Part shown: piece by piece, positions 38,370-50,722 of the stretch
How positions within the stretch are numbered: the stretch's first letter is position 1
Layout: every line of letters starts with the position of its first letter
NCBI GenBank assembly: GCA_040954595.2
Contig: CM082583.2
Coordinates: 32,542 to 96,541, forward strand
Length of the DNA: 64,000 nt
Reading direction: 5' to 3'
From: Balanoglossus misakiensis
Lineage: Eukaryota > Animalia > Hemichordata
Position numbers and translations under genes: made by a program
The notes under the pieces: generated by a model
What the model saw: only the letters and a program-made list of their open reading frames with translations
What the model was told of the DNA's origin: nothing
Databases searched by the model: none

Positions 38370-38567
38370 CAGTAACTGTTGAACAATCCACTACGGGTGA
38401 CATGGTTGGACACTTGGATCCCACTGGACAAGGCGTGCATGTGCCGTCGCCTTCCATAGCATATTCACCATTGCCACAGTCGAGCGGATCTTACATTGGA
38501 TCTGAACACGATTTTCCAGCAGGGCACAGAAGACAGGATGTGCGTGCAGGCTCCTCACTTATTTCAT
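38370..38567 (-). pseudogene. Cys-rich ephrin-receptor-like (GCC2/GCC3-type) pseudo-exon
   Basis: CLLCPAGKSCSDPM*DPLDCGNGEYAMEGDGTCTPCPVGSKCP; TAA at 38491-38493; cag/gtaag. Confidence 0.8.
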
Positions 38568-38950
38568 CTGATTAAAGAAAATGAGGTTTTTAGTGATGTA
38601 TTTGTGATACAGTGTCATTTAAAATAACAAATTACTTGAGATGATTCACTTCATAATTCTGAGACAAGTATACAGGCATGTAGAAAATTCTTTGGAGGAC
38701 ATTAAACGTCATTTCTAATCAACCATTTTCTGAATATCATAAGACTCTGCGAGATCTCACATGGCTAACCAGGTCTCGCAAGATCTCGCACTGAGTTGAT
38801 AATCTGTTGTAAACACATACATACATACACACACACACACACATACCCCCAGTCGCACTGACTTGAAAATCTGTTGTAAACACATACATGCATACACACA
38901 TACCCCTCAGTTTCATCACACAGCAAACTGAACAAGTACCACAATCTTAC

Positions 38951-39084
38951 CATTTGTACATCTGGTACAGTTTGTTGCACCAGCCAATGACACGTAACCC
39001 TTGGTACACTTGAATTGCGATGCACTGGGATCTATGCAGGCGTACCCTTGCTCACAAATAGTACAATGTTCAGCACCAGCTGAT
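38951..39084 (-). CDS. Cys-rich ephrin-receptor-like exon, open frame (SAGAEHCTICEQGYACIDPSASQFKCTKGYVSLAGATNCTRCTN)
   Basis: cag/gtaag, phase 2-1; neighbouring exons are disrupted. Confidence 0.55.
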
Positions 39085-39338
39085 CTGTAAATCAAACAGA
39101 GAATTTACACACCAAGTTAACCTTTGAATACCACTGTAAAAATTTGGTGCAAATTTTAATTATTTTCATAAATAGAGGTCTATTCAAATTTGGAAAAATT
39201 GTCATTTTTTCATTCATATATTATATCAGTAAATTTTAAATACAGAAATAGAAAATGATCCCATCCTATTTTTCAGTTAGTAAATTACCTGACCTAATGT
39301 TTGATGTTGGAAATAAAGGTGGGTGGGTAGAAGTTTAC

Positions 39339-39469
39339 CTGTTATGCAAGAGGTACAGCGAGACATCCTTTGTCCAAGGCCGAACTGTAATAACCAGCCG
39401 AGCATAAAATCACAGAGTTACCATTTGGACATTGGTTACCAGCTGGGCAATCAGCACATGATGTTTGTG
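39339..39469 (-). pseudogene. Cys-rich ephrin-receptor-like pseudo-exon
   Basis: QTSCADCPAGNQCPNGNSVILCSAGYYSS, then a frameshift before SRCTSCIT; cag/gtaaa. Confidence 0.72.
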
Positions 39470-39894
39470 CTGAAAATAAACAGAGATTTATAGAATCTTA
39501 TAGTCACAGTCATACCTTCAAAGACGTGGGATTCTCACGCGGGTTGGGGAGACAAAAATCCCTGGCAAAAGATTGAGGACAGGAAAATGCCAATCCAGAG
39601 ATATTGGTAACAGAAACTGTGTACAGTCAATGCCATATGGCAGTGTGCTGTTCTAACAACAGACAAGATCGTGACGATCATAGTCTGTGTCGGAGATTTG
39701 GAAAAGAGCAAATTTGGTGAAAAGACGGGACAAAACAAAAGTCTACTTATACGATGCACATGAAAACTGGATGAAAGCGAAGCAGTCCACTATTTGAATG
39801 CATTGGATGTAAAATTGGCAGAATATTTGGACTGGACGTAATGTTTGTACGCACAGAATTACGTACATGCACATAAGATGATCGTCTGCCTTAA

Positions 39895-40399
39895 AGGCAC
39901 GTAAGCTGCAACTAGATAAAAAAATTAAAGTTTTAAATAATCTCATATATGCTTTTAATTATGTCTATTAAATGATATTTCATGATAATATATCAAGCTC
40001 AACACTTATTTATGACACAATGGCCAAAATTAAAGAAAAAACGAAAATTCCTGCAATTTTAAAAAAAGTGCAATATTGCAATGAAAAATGGAAATCTGAT
40101 GTCTCAGTGGTGTACATTTACTTCCATGAGCTCAAGTGGATGAGATCATGTTTTGTTTATGAAGTTTCACAACCGGAAATGCAACAATTTCATTGTTTCT
40201 TGCATTTTCCCAGGGTGGCGGCCATAATCGCTTGCGGCAAAGCTTTATTATTTATCTGGTTAAAACTTGCATATGCACTCATATTTAGGGTTTATAATGC
40301 TTGTGTATAGTTCACTGCCTTCATCTGCATGGACTAATGGTAGTGCAGTTTTAAACAAAAATTATGAAAATTATCCCAAAAGTTACAGCTTACGTGCCT
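39895..40399. mobile_element. Non-autonomous DNA transposon with TTAA TSD (Kolobok-like), 505 bp
   Basis: TIRs aggcacgtaagctgcaact / agttacagcttacgtgcct flanked by TTAA. Confidence 0.88.
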
Positions 40400-40448
40400 T
40401 TAAGTGAAAGATTACACAGTAATGCCCAAACTTTAAGTGCTGACTCAC

Positions 40449-40681
40449 CATCTATATTAGTGTAGTATCCATCTTCACACACCTCTGGCTCCGACATACC
40501 ATCATATTGGCACTTATACCCGGGGCAGGACAAGGCGTACAGTCTATACTTCCATTGTTGGCAAAATATCCCAGTCCGCATTGTGTTGGTGATGAGAGGC
40601 TGGCTGTTCCACACATGAAACCCCTGGACACAGCGTGCATGCTTCAGAACATGCTGAACTTTAACTTCCAGCTGCGCAGTC
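40449..40681 (-). pseudogene. Cys-rich ephrin-receptor-like pseudo-exon
   Basis: DCAAGS*SSACSEACTLCPG / FMCGTASLSSPTQCGLGYFANNGSIDCTPCPA / PGYKCQYDGMSEPEVCEDGYYT: one stop and two frameshifts; cag/gtgag. Confidence 0.78.
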
Positions 40682-40747
40682 CTGTAGGAGTGAAGACGTC
40701 AAATATTAAGGAGGTTTAGGAGCCCCCTAGCCAGCAAACTTCATCAA

Positions 40748-41165
40748 GGATGTACGTGCAGAACATAAACCGGAAACACTGCGTGTCCGGTCTTTTTCCC
40801 ATAGGATTACATTGATAATCGCCAGAAAACAAACTTCTACTATTGTCATTTTCTCGAAATTTTACACATAGCTCAGTCCAGCAAATATAAATTCATTGGT
40901 CAAATAAAATATAGGGGTCACCGCGCTCTTTTTTGAGATAAATTGCATTAAGAAATTTTGGCCATAGACAAACAAACCATTGGTGAAAAATGCTGAGTCA
41001 GCAGATTTCTTCTATTATCGACCAATTTCATGGCTCTGTATTTCAAAAACAAGCGTGGTGACCCCTATATTTTATTACGGATTTTCATTATACATACAAA
41101 AGAGAATAAAAAAATCCACAATTAAAAAAAATGACAATACTTTCCATTTTATTGAACGTACATCC
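40748..41165. mobile_element. Non-autonomous Kolobok-like element
   Basis: TIRs ggatgtacgt / acgtacatcc, flanks tcaa / ttaa; internal inverted repeat aatataggggtcaccgcgct / agcgtggtgacccctatatt. Confidence 0.65.
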
Positions 41166-41689
41166 TTAATGTTACTTAGGTAGTGGAGCACCAAAACCCA
41201 AATTTTCATATCGATTGTGTATTTTGTGATAAAAGCACCAAACTTGGCTCAGATGTGTGTTAATGTGTACTGAACAAATTCAGATAGCGAGTCACTAAAT
41301 ATCTGTTGAAGAGTTTCCATGGCAACCAATTTTTTTTCAAAATGGCCGCAAATACAGATAATCACACCTGTTAAACATCAAAATAAATTCAGATTACAAT
41401 ATTTGAAACAAGAAACTACGGAAAGAATGGTTTGCAATAGAACTATGGTTATTAAACTACAAATGTACTTATAAGGGTAACTAAGGGATCAAAATACAGG
41501 TGCAACTTTCAATCCCTGGTACTCGCATTAGTATAGGTGCTCCCCCTAGTCAAACATTACGGCTAGTTGCGATATTTAACTTGAAGTACGTAAATTACAC
41601 ACACACGAATCGCAACAGTTAGCGAGTCACTAAATATCTATTGAAGAGTGACTATGCAGTATTCAAGATCCACCCTTTCCACAATACGT

Positions 41690-43993
41690 GTGAACTTCTA
41701 CTCTCTACATGGAATGTCCGCTCAGCTAGATGCAAATCATTAGACATTGCAGACTACATCACAGATAAAGAAATTGATATTCTTGTACTCACTGAAACAT
41801 GGTTGAAGGAATCTGGTGACGAACACGTAATGGCTGAATGTACACCACCAGGCTATGCTGTCAAATATCTACCTGGGGTTGGCAAGATCGGTGGAGGCTT
41901 AGCTTAAATTCATAAGCTAGCACTAAAATAAACAGCTTGGAAGCCTATTCTCTCTGTTAAATCTTTTGAGGCAGCGGAAGCAACTATTCTTCACCAGAAA
42001 CTTTCCATGAAAATAATTCTTGTCTACCGTCCACCACCATCAGTTAATAATAAATTCACCGCACCACAGTTCATGGAAGAGTTCAGTACAACACTTGAGA
42101 AGTATGTCACCTGCTCAAGTAATCTCTTCATCGTAGGAGATTTCAATATTCACCTAGAAGATGATAAGAATCCAGTAACACAGAAATTCAATGGAATCAT
42201 CAGCGCCTGTAATCTGAAACAATGGGTCCAACAACCAACACACAGAAAGGGTCATACTCTTGATCTCATCTTATCTAACTCTGCATCTAACATCAAGAGT
42301 GTCTCTGTAGACTGCTTGGAACTCTCTGATCACAATCCTGTCAATGCAAAACTTGCTCTTCCGAAACCAACACACAGTAGACGTCAAATATCTTATCGTC
42401 ATATCTGCCATTTCAATTGATAGTTTCAGCCATGATCTCGACAAAATACATCAAATGTCCTAGCCTCCAAATGACCTCTCCTCAGCCATATCAGCTTATA
42501 ACCAACCCGTCAGTCTCCATCTAAAACACGTGTACTTGATCTCATCCCTACAGCACTTGATAAGCAATGTCTTGGTAATCTGCTCACTATCATAGCCACA
42601 ATTATCAATTTGTCACTCAAAACTGGAACTGTTCCTGAATAACTTAAAATAGCAGTCATCACACCAATATACTCAAGAAACCTTCGCTCGACAAAAACAT
42701 TTTCAAGAACTATAGACCAGTTTCAAACCTAACCTTCCTGTCAAAAGTAATCGGGAAGATTGTAGCACAACAACTGACATCATATTTGACTACCAACTCA
42801 CTACAAGAACCACTGCAGTCAGCGTACCGAAAGGATCACAGTACCGAAACAGCACTTACTAAAGTCAACAACGATATTTGTATGGCACTGGATGCCGGTA
42901 AATGTGTACTCATGGTTCTCCTCGATCTCTCCTCTGTGTTTGATACCATAGATCACGACACAATCATCTCAAGGTTATCAAAACTGGGCATCACCAACAT
43001 CGCACTACAATGGTCCTCATCATATCTTAAGAACAGACAGCAGTTTGTATGGCACAATGTCAGAACCTCAATATCTACAATATGGAGTACCACACGGTTC
43101 AGTGCTTGGCCCACTTTTGTTCTGCAGCTACATCCAACCACTTGCTCAACTTATTTGTCACCACAACATCAATTTTCACCAATATGCCGATGACAACCAA
43201 CTATACCAATATTTCTTCCAGTTAGACACCACAAGTACATTAGACAAGATGGAAAGGGCAGTTCACGAAATAAAAACCTGGATGACACATAATAAACTTC
43301 AACTAAATGGTGGCAAACCCGAGGTACTCCTGATAAGGTCTCAGTTCAACCGCTCGCCTCGTCCCATAAACCACATGAGCATTGGATCATGTTGTGTTCA
43401 AATTGTGAATTCTGCACGGAATATAGGTGTGACATTCGACGACAATTACACTTTCAATAAGCACATTAATGCAATTTGCAAGTCAATTTTCTTCCATCTG
43501 CGTCAAATCAGCCACATTCGCCGTTACCTCACTAAGGAAGTTTGCCAGATGCTGGTTCATGCTCTAATCACATCAAAACTGGACTACTGCAATGCAATAC
43601 TCTGTGGTTTACCATCATCATGCATTCAACCGCTACAGCATGCCCTGAATTCTGCAGCCACCATGGCCTCCTTCACAAAAACCTCACCAGACCCCATAAT
43701 GCCTCCATCTCTTACACCACACCTTATACCCACCACAAATCCTAGCCATCACCCAACGTATCATAGCCCAAACAATCCAAACCCAATCAAAATTGACCCT
43801 AGCCCCACTTATCAAGCCATCAATGCTCAACTGCAACCCAAATAACACTTAACTTAAAGATTGGCATAAATCCAAACTCATACCACTGCGACCCCAAATA
43901 TACAACACAAAGACTCAATCACGAACCAATACCTACCATTTGTAGCAAATACACGACCAAAGATTTGATCCCATCTATCATCTATATATCATC
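41690..43993 (+). mobile_element. Degraded non-LTR retrotransposon, L2/CR1 group ORF2 (APE endonuclease + reverse transcriptase), ending in a satellite-B-like tail
   Basis: WNVRS, LTETWL, YRPP, GDFNIH, PTHRKGHTLDL, SDH; [58 protein letters not shown]; stops, frameshifts and a shortened linker. Confidence 0.95.
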
Positions 43994-44170
43994 AGAAAGT
44001 TGGGACGATGAGCAATGGGGCAGAGACTGATCATCAAAAATTTGAGACAGGGAATTCCAACAAATGAGATCATTAAGTTAAATATGCAAAGCAAATCAGA
44101 AAAGAGAATCAGAAGATTTTCTCCGAAGGACACCTTGCAAATTCATGATTGGAAAGACACTGCAGTCACA

Positions 44171-45360
44171 TGTTTATTGTAGTGTCCAAACACTAGTGAG
44201 CATCTATACTTTATACATTCTGTAAAATGACGTAATGCAACATTCGGGTCATTATGAATAAAGTGCGTGAATGAGGCTAGGCACTCTCACTCTTACATGC
44301 CGGACTTGGTGTCTCATGTTGTCATTATTGCCCACCCACGATTCTATATTTGGCGACGAGGACGGAGAACATGGAGAATCAGCTAGCCGTCAATGCCGAG
44401 TTTTCCTGTTCATTCAGTCTCGACAACCACCAGTACGAGATGGAAAAAGTACATGGTTAGAGTAGAAAACGCATTTGTCGCATTCAACATTACAGATGAC
44501 AAGCGACAACGTGCACTGCTATTGCACTGGGCAGGTGAGGAAGTTTCCGACTTCTTTGATACTCTACCAGATACAGGAACGAGCTGTGAAACAGCCAAAT
44601 TAAAGCTTACGTCGTACTTCTCACCCAAACGGAACATTGAATACGAACGATTTATCTTCAGAGACACCATACAAAACAACGGCGAATCGATTGATGCCTA
44701 TCACACTTGTTTGCAACGCCTAGCAGAAACATATGAGACTTCACCAATAAGGATCAAGAGGTCAAATCACAAATCATACGAGGATTCACATCAGCCCGTC
44801 TCAGACGTCGTGCTCTTTGGGAGGAGACGACACTAGAGAATCTACTGAGTACAGCCCGTTCATTTGAGGTATCAGAGGTTCAGGCTAGTGGGATTGAGGA
44901 GAAACCCCATAATAATGGTGCAGACACGGCATCTGTGAATGCGGTCAGAAAACAGCGCCACCAACGCCCGAAACCAAATAAACAAAAGAGAGCTCATCAG
45001 CAGCCAGCGAAAGGACCGTCCACTTGTTATTATTGTGGTGGCACCTATCCACATGACTCAGTATGTCCAGCTAAAGGCAAGTCATGCAGGAAGTGTGGCA
45101 AACCTAACTATTTTGCCAAATGCTACCGATCAAAAGGCAAGGCAAATAGGGTAGACAAGGATGAAACTGTCAAAGCTGTGCATAAAGTGGAAGACAGCTC
45201 GGGAGATGAATACTGCTTCACTGTACAACAATCAAATGGCAGGAGGCCTCAAGTAACAGTGCAGATAGAACAAACAGCAGTTGCCTCACTGATCGACCCT
45301 GGTTCTACAATAAACATGATGAGTGTAAACACATACAACAACCTAAAGAACAAACCCATG
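44171..45360 (+). mobile_element. Ty3/Gypsy (Mag-like) LTR retrotransposon 5' fragment: short LTR, PBS, gag and start of protease
   Basis: TG-starting ~180-bp LTR candidate with AATAAA; PBS tggcgacgagg at 44351; gag RALLLHWAG..YERFIF; tandem knuckles CYYCG..H..C and CRKCGKPNYFAKC; protease LIDPGS (degenerate DTG); truncated. Confidence 0.88.
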
Positions 45361-46637
45361 TGGCAAACAGAAAGCCCGTTTTACCACTGTCAGCAGTGCA
45401 TTATTGAGTATTTTAGCATCGCTGGATTTAGCTCTCGTCCAATCAGAATTGCGGACGGTAGCATGATATAATATAATTGAGAATAAATCTCGCGACAAGT
45501 GTACAGTTTGACAATGTACACAGATAATCCGTTTCAACAATGTTTCCTTTGTAGTGTGAATAAAACTGCACACTTTGCAAGTTTTCAACTTCAAAACACT
45601 ATGGCTATTACAGAGACAAAGCTGCTAATATACAGTGTATACCTGTCATTTTTGTTTGTGGTGAGATTTTCATTGGCACAGTCGCATAGAGCTCACACAA
45701 GAGGAAATTACACTTTCTGTTGAATTCACTGCATCCTGCTAACTTTAAGTCATATATCCAGTGAAACATTAAGTTATAGAATTTTCCATCGCAGTATTCT
45801 GTTTTATATACATGTATAGCAGTCCCACACATATTGATTAATTTGACAAAAGAAACTGACTGACAATTTTCACAGCGCTCCCAGTATAGCATCCTTGGCA
45901 GGTGCACGTCAATGCCCCACACGAGGTTAGGGTTGGCAAGTGCTGCCATTTTGACATGGGTTGTTAGCACTGATCAATTCCTACGCATGACAGAAAAATG
46001 AAGAATTAGGCTATGGGCCGGACCTGCCTATCGTTTCAAAACGCACTCTGTATATTAGGGTCTATTTCTTTTACATAAAAACAAGTCTTCTTGCTCTAAT
46101 ATGATAAAAGAAAAAAACTTCAACTTAAATATTGCGTCCTCAGAGGTAATATCGAGCCCTAAAAATCAGGTATGCTAATGCGGTTAAAGGTCGTGCAGTT
46201 CTCCTTATAACAAGCGATCTTATTGGTGGTTACGTGACTGCACCAATCACAGAATGCGTTATGTCACTCAGCAATTACACACGCAGGGCCAACTATCAGG
46301 CAGCTACATGTATACTAGTATACATGTTACAGAAGATTAAACAGAATTGTTGGTAAGGAAAGTTTGAGCAGACTAGTCCATTCAATGTAAAAAATGGTGC
46401 TGATTCCAAAAAAGTCAGTCTTATTGACCCCTTTCAAGACAAAATTGCCATTTTTGCCACTTTTAACCCAAAAGGTCATTTAAAAAACACTCAAAACACA
46501 CTGTTTTCATCACATTCGGAGATCTGATGACATTTGAGGATTATGCGGAAACAGTGACACACCAGAATAAAAATTACAGGTGACATTTGCAAGCAGATAT
46601 GATCTGACCATATAGAAATATGGAATGTAAAAACATT

Positions 46638-47898
46638 AACAAGGAACATGCCCAATAAACTGTCATGTGTCATGGCAGTCTTACAAGTGGTGCTAGAAAA
46701 AAAAATGACCAAAAATTGTCTGTACAAACACATATGCGAAGCAACTTCTTTCAGTCAGCCCTGGAACAGACACACACTGACCTGCCACTGGTAATTAAAA
46801 TTTGATAGCTGGTGGTCTCTGTAACAGCTGGCCTATTTAAGTTATGTAAACATGTCTTTGTTCGAGGTAACAACTCCTTGTAAATAGTAACTTTAAAAAC
46901 AACTGGACAATTTGTTTAGGAGAAGATTTGCTAACCAAAAACTAAGAAACTTACCAAAAAAACTCGCTAAATATTTAATCTTTCTGATCTCAGAACTGAA
47001 TAAAAGTTGCACATATACAGGTATGTGTTATGAAATTATATCCTAAATTTCAAAGCAATCAGAGAAAAAACTAATTTCAAAGCAATCCAACAAGCAGTTT
47101 CACAGAAAATATTTGTTCAAAAGTGGCAAAAACACAAATATGCAAATATCACCAAAATTGTACAATATCTTACTTCAATCACTACAAGGAACATGCTGCC
47201 TAAGTTCAATGCAATAGGACAAGCGGTTTCAGAGAAAACAATTTTTGACAAAAATTGCAAAAGTTTCCCCGATAACACATTTATGCAAATATCTTTTTTT
47301 TACAACATATTATTTAGGTTACCCCTACGAACATGCCTACCAAATTGGAAAGCAATCTGGCATGAGGTTTTAAAGAAAAACATTTTTTGACCAAAAATGG
47401 CAAATATTGCTCAAAATTATAGATATGCAAATTTTGCAACAATTTGAACAAAACTATGGTTACTTAGACAACATTAGGAGGCTTCATACTAAATTTCAAA
47501 GACTTTTTACCAATAACATGGAAAAATACAAAAAAATGCAAAAAAAATAGGAAATCGATAATATTAGCTCAAAACATACAGGATTGTATGAGGTTGATAT
47601 AAGGTACATGCATACCAATTTTCAAATCAATATGACCAGTGGTTGTCCAGTTTTTGAGTTTTGACCAATTTCACATTTTCCCAGCTAATTTGCATATTTT
47701 TGGCAATGACATCTTCATTTGAACAAACTCCCATCTACAGCCCTGCCTGCATCTACACGCCAAATATCGAGGTCATACGCGCTGCGGTTTTCAAGTTTTC
47801 GATGTGGACGGACATACAGACATACATCCATCCATCCATACATACAGACGTAACCAATCCCATAAGGTCCCATGGTACATACCAATGGGACCTAAAAA
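46638..47898 (+). mobile_element. Putative non-autonomous Helentron/HINE-type element
   Basis: Internal repeats (aaatttcaaagcaatc), an ACGG/ACAG/ACAT microsatellite near 47805-47850, hairpin aggtcccat..atgggacct at 47865-47893, then AAAAA; left end uncertain. Confidence 0.55.
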
Positions 47899-47910
47899 CT
47901 TGTGACTTAC

Positions 47911-48033
47911 ATGTAACACATGTTTGCCCAGTGTAGCAGGTTGGACAGTTGCAGGTGTAGATTGAGCAGGAGCCTTGAAGTGGCTGATACACTCCGTTAT
48001 TCAGACATGGGTTTAGAAGACACTGGTTGATCG
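47911..48033 (-). CDS. EGF-like exon, open frame, third Cys replaced by Tyr (INQCLLNPCLNNGVYQPLQGSCSIYTCNCPTCYTGQTCVT)
   Basis: 123 bp, tag/gtaag, phase 1-1. Confidence 0.62.
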
Positions 48034-48481
48034 CTAAGGGTGAGAGAAATGAAAAGTATCACATTAGGGTCTTACACACTTGAGTGGGAAGTGAAATCTG
48101 TAGCAGACTGTCAGAAGATTGCACATCCGTGTGATCATGTTCATGTGTGAAGGATAATGAAGACCACTTGATCCAAGCTTGGTGCTACCATCTTTATCAT
48201 AATTACAGCATCTTATAATATTTACTAGTTGGGGGTGGGGTGGGGTGGGGGTGGGGGTAGTTGATGTCATAACTTTCTGATGTTTCAATTTACGGTTGGA
48301 AAAATAGCAACATCTACTCTGATGAGCATTTGAGTCAATGAAAGTATACATCATGGCTACGGTAGTGCATATAAGTCTCTTGGTTAGCTGCACAATCACA
48401 GGCAACTTTATTGAGACAATATCAATGACAAAGCCCAGCGATTTCTACTTTGTGCGGCAAATCTGACACTGGTTTGCTTAC

Positions 48482-48598
48482 GTTCAGCGCACGTGGTTCC
48501 GATGAAACAGCGCGAACTCTGGCATCTGAACTCGGTGCAGGACACTTGCTGGCAGAATCCACTGTTTAGACAAGGGTTGGGCTGACACGGATTCAAAT
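48482..48598 (-). CDS. EGF-like exon, open frame, one Cys replaced by Ser (LNPCQPNPCLNSGFCQQVSCTEFRCQSSRCFIGTTCAE)
   Basis: 117 bp, cag/gtaag, phase 1-1. Confidence 0.62.
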
Positions 48599-48981
48599 CT
48601 GTGCACAGAAGAGAAAGTGATATAAATTGTGTACAGTTAATATTTACTACATATACTTTAAACAGATTTGTGCAGTCAGGGTTGAGTGGTAAAAATCTCA
48701 GTTGGTCAACAGAACATCACTGTGACAAATTTCTTCCATGTTCGACAAAAGAAACGTAATGAAATTTTGTAATAGTGTAATAGTGTCTTAGTGTACCATA
48801 CGGTGCAGGTTGTTGTTTGGTCAAATACACAATCCCCTTTTATGGCACACACATTCTTAATAAATTTCCCCAAAATTGTGTCGTTATTCACTGTTTGATA
48901 CAGGTTGGAAGAAACCAACTGCAAGCCGATTATGTGTTATGTTATTATGTTCCTCTTCATCTGAAATTTAAAATCACTCAC

Positions 48982-49104
48982 ATGTCTGACATAAATCGCC
49001 GGAGTAACAGCTTGTACAGGAGCATGTGAATTCAGTACACCAATTGGGCGTCAGCACACAGTTTCCACCATTCTGACACTGGATGGGTTGACACTGGTTG
49101 ACAG
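48982..49104 (-). CDS. EGF-like exon, intact frame (VNQCQPIQCQNGGNCVLTPNWCTEFTCSCTSCYSGDLCQT)
   Basis: 123 bp, cag/gtgag, phase 1-1. Confidence 0.68.
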
Positions 49105-49399
49105 CTGTGGGATGTGCAGTCAAGATATTGTCAAAATTACAGAATTTACAAACTACACTCCACAGTCATGTACATGTATACATGACAACAACCAAAGGGC
49201 TGTTTTGAAAAACCAAATGCTGTGAAATCCTTTAGAGTGTGACAAGAAACCACAGTTGCAACCGAAAACAAAAATAGTGATAACATTAAGCTAGCCCAAA
49301 GTTTGAGTTACCAGGGCTTTAATATGTGTACCGTACTTATATTATATAATACATAACAAGTGTTTTGCATTGAATAAAATAATATTGGTTTGTACTTAC

Positions 49400-49519
49400 G
49401 CATTGTACATGTGGCACCAGTGAAGCATTCGGTACACATACAGTCAAACAGGAAACAGCCGTCTCGCGCAACGCATGTGCCACCATTTTGACAAGGCATA
49501 GAGTATAACTGATCAATGG
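49400..49519 (-). CDS. EGF-like exon, open frame, first Cys lost (IDQLYSMPCQNGGTCVARDGCFLFDCMCTECFTGATCTM)
   Basis: 120 bp, cag/gtaag. Confidence 0.6.
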
Positions 49520-50599
49520 CTGCCAAAACAAAAATGAAAGTATCAATTACCTGCTTGTCAAAAACTTGTACATGTACTTGTGATGTTCATTTCGTTTAAA
49601 TATGTGAGCAATGTCTTCATTCCTTGTTTCAAACCTGTACATTTAAAATAACATAATGATGCTATTGCTAGGATTTTTCTGTAAGAATCTTGAAAAATTA
49701 AAAAATGTGCCGTCAACATGATACAGAAGGCTTTCCTTTTTAACGTGCACCTCACACTCAATTTTGACCCTACATCAGCAAATTTTGAAAGGATGAAACT
49801 TAGTAATGCTTCCACCCCATTTATTGGTGTATGGGTCCATCTATCACATTGAGAATACCAAAAATGAGGGTTTATATACCACGCTGTGTCATAAAACAGT
49901 AATTCGACACACCTACGGCACAGATGGCCCCAGTCCAACACTACTGGCAGTAACAGGTGTAGTCAGTATAAGAATTTGGTGTTTGGGAACAATAGCCTCC
50001 ATTTTGACACGGATTCTGATCACATGGGTTAATGACTATCAGAAAAAAAATAGTTTAAAAAACATGAAATGCAGATGGCTACACCTCAACCAAAGATGAT
50101 TCCTGCACCACAACAAAATCCTTTGACACAAGCATTATACTGGAACCATACCCAGAACACGCATTAAGTATATGATGAAGGGACAATGTCTCTATTTTGG
50201 GTAATACAGTAAAACCTGTCTTTATGGACACCTCTCTAATCAGAACACCTAGTAAGATTGATTTTTCAAGCCAAATAGTAAGGATAATTAAGGACGTCTC
50301 TTTTACTTAATACTCAGATGTGTGCACCACCTTAGGAGAGATTACCTCATATGCACAATTATCTCTACAGACACTAGTCTTCAAGAGGCAACTCTTGTAT
50401 ATTTGAGTGATGAAAACATCCAGCTTCGTACACTTCCTCACAAGTTCGTGCCTATCCTAAATTGCACGGACATACAAATGAAATTTCTGTTTTCTTTTCT
50501 CTTGTGGAAATTTTAGAAATGAGAAGTTACCACACAATTCAATTGCCATGAAGAGAAAGTGCCCAAAAGATTGTCATTTACGGTACGTCAGAAACTTAC

Positions 50600-50722
50600 A
50601 TATTTCACAACGGTTACCCTCATAGCAACCAGTACAGGCACAGGTATATGCCGTGCAGGAGTTGGCCACTGCATTACATACAGCCCCGTTGAGACAGCTG
50701 TTTCGCTGGCATGGATCTTGGA
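50600..50722 (-). CDS. EGF-like exon (paralogue of 33637-33759)
   Basis: 123 bp, cag/gtaag. Confidence 0.68.

Larger units (their letters stand above)
31354..49104 (-). pseudogene. Decayed multi-exon locus, copy 1: 8-Cys EGF-like exons plus ephrin-receptor-like Cys-rich exons (extracellular mosaic protein)
   Basis: 15 exon-like segments, nearly all AG/GT-bounded; many carry stops, frameshifts, lost cysteines, a mutated donor or a transposon insertion. Confidence 0.75.
31713..49113. repeat. Tandem segmental duplication unit, copy 1 (~17.4 kb)
   Basis: gtgcagtcaag..aaaattacagaat at 31713 matches 49114; colinear ORFs at offsets of about 16.9-17.4 kb. Confidence 0.95.

Noticed and set aside
33596-38575. 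Plus-strand ORFs (e.g. 33596, 34740, 38177) conserved in both duplicates
   Set aside because: They are antisense shadows of exons or intronic sequence; their conservation reflects only the recent duplication.
38785-38910. Short tandem duplication with a CA/CATA microsatellite
   Set aside because: Ordinary intronic slippage product.
41690-43993. Telomere-maintaining retrotransposon (TART/TRAS/SART-like) or telomerase
   Set aside because: Motifs are L2/CR1 type, the copy is degraded, it lies about 39 kb from the telomere, and it is not inserted in TTAGGG.
45360-46630. Probable further repeat fragments (ccaatcagaattgcg, ccaatcacagaatgcg)
   Set aside because: No termini or TSD could be defined; CCAAT motifs alone do not support a promoter call.
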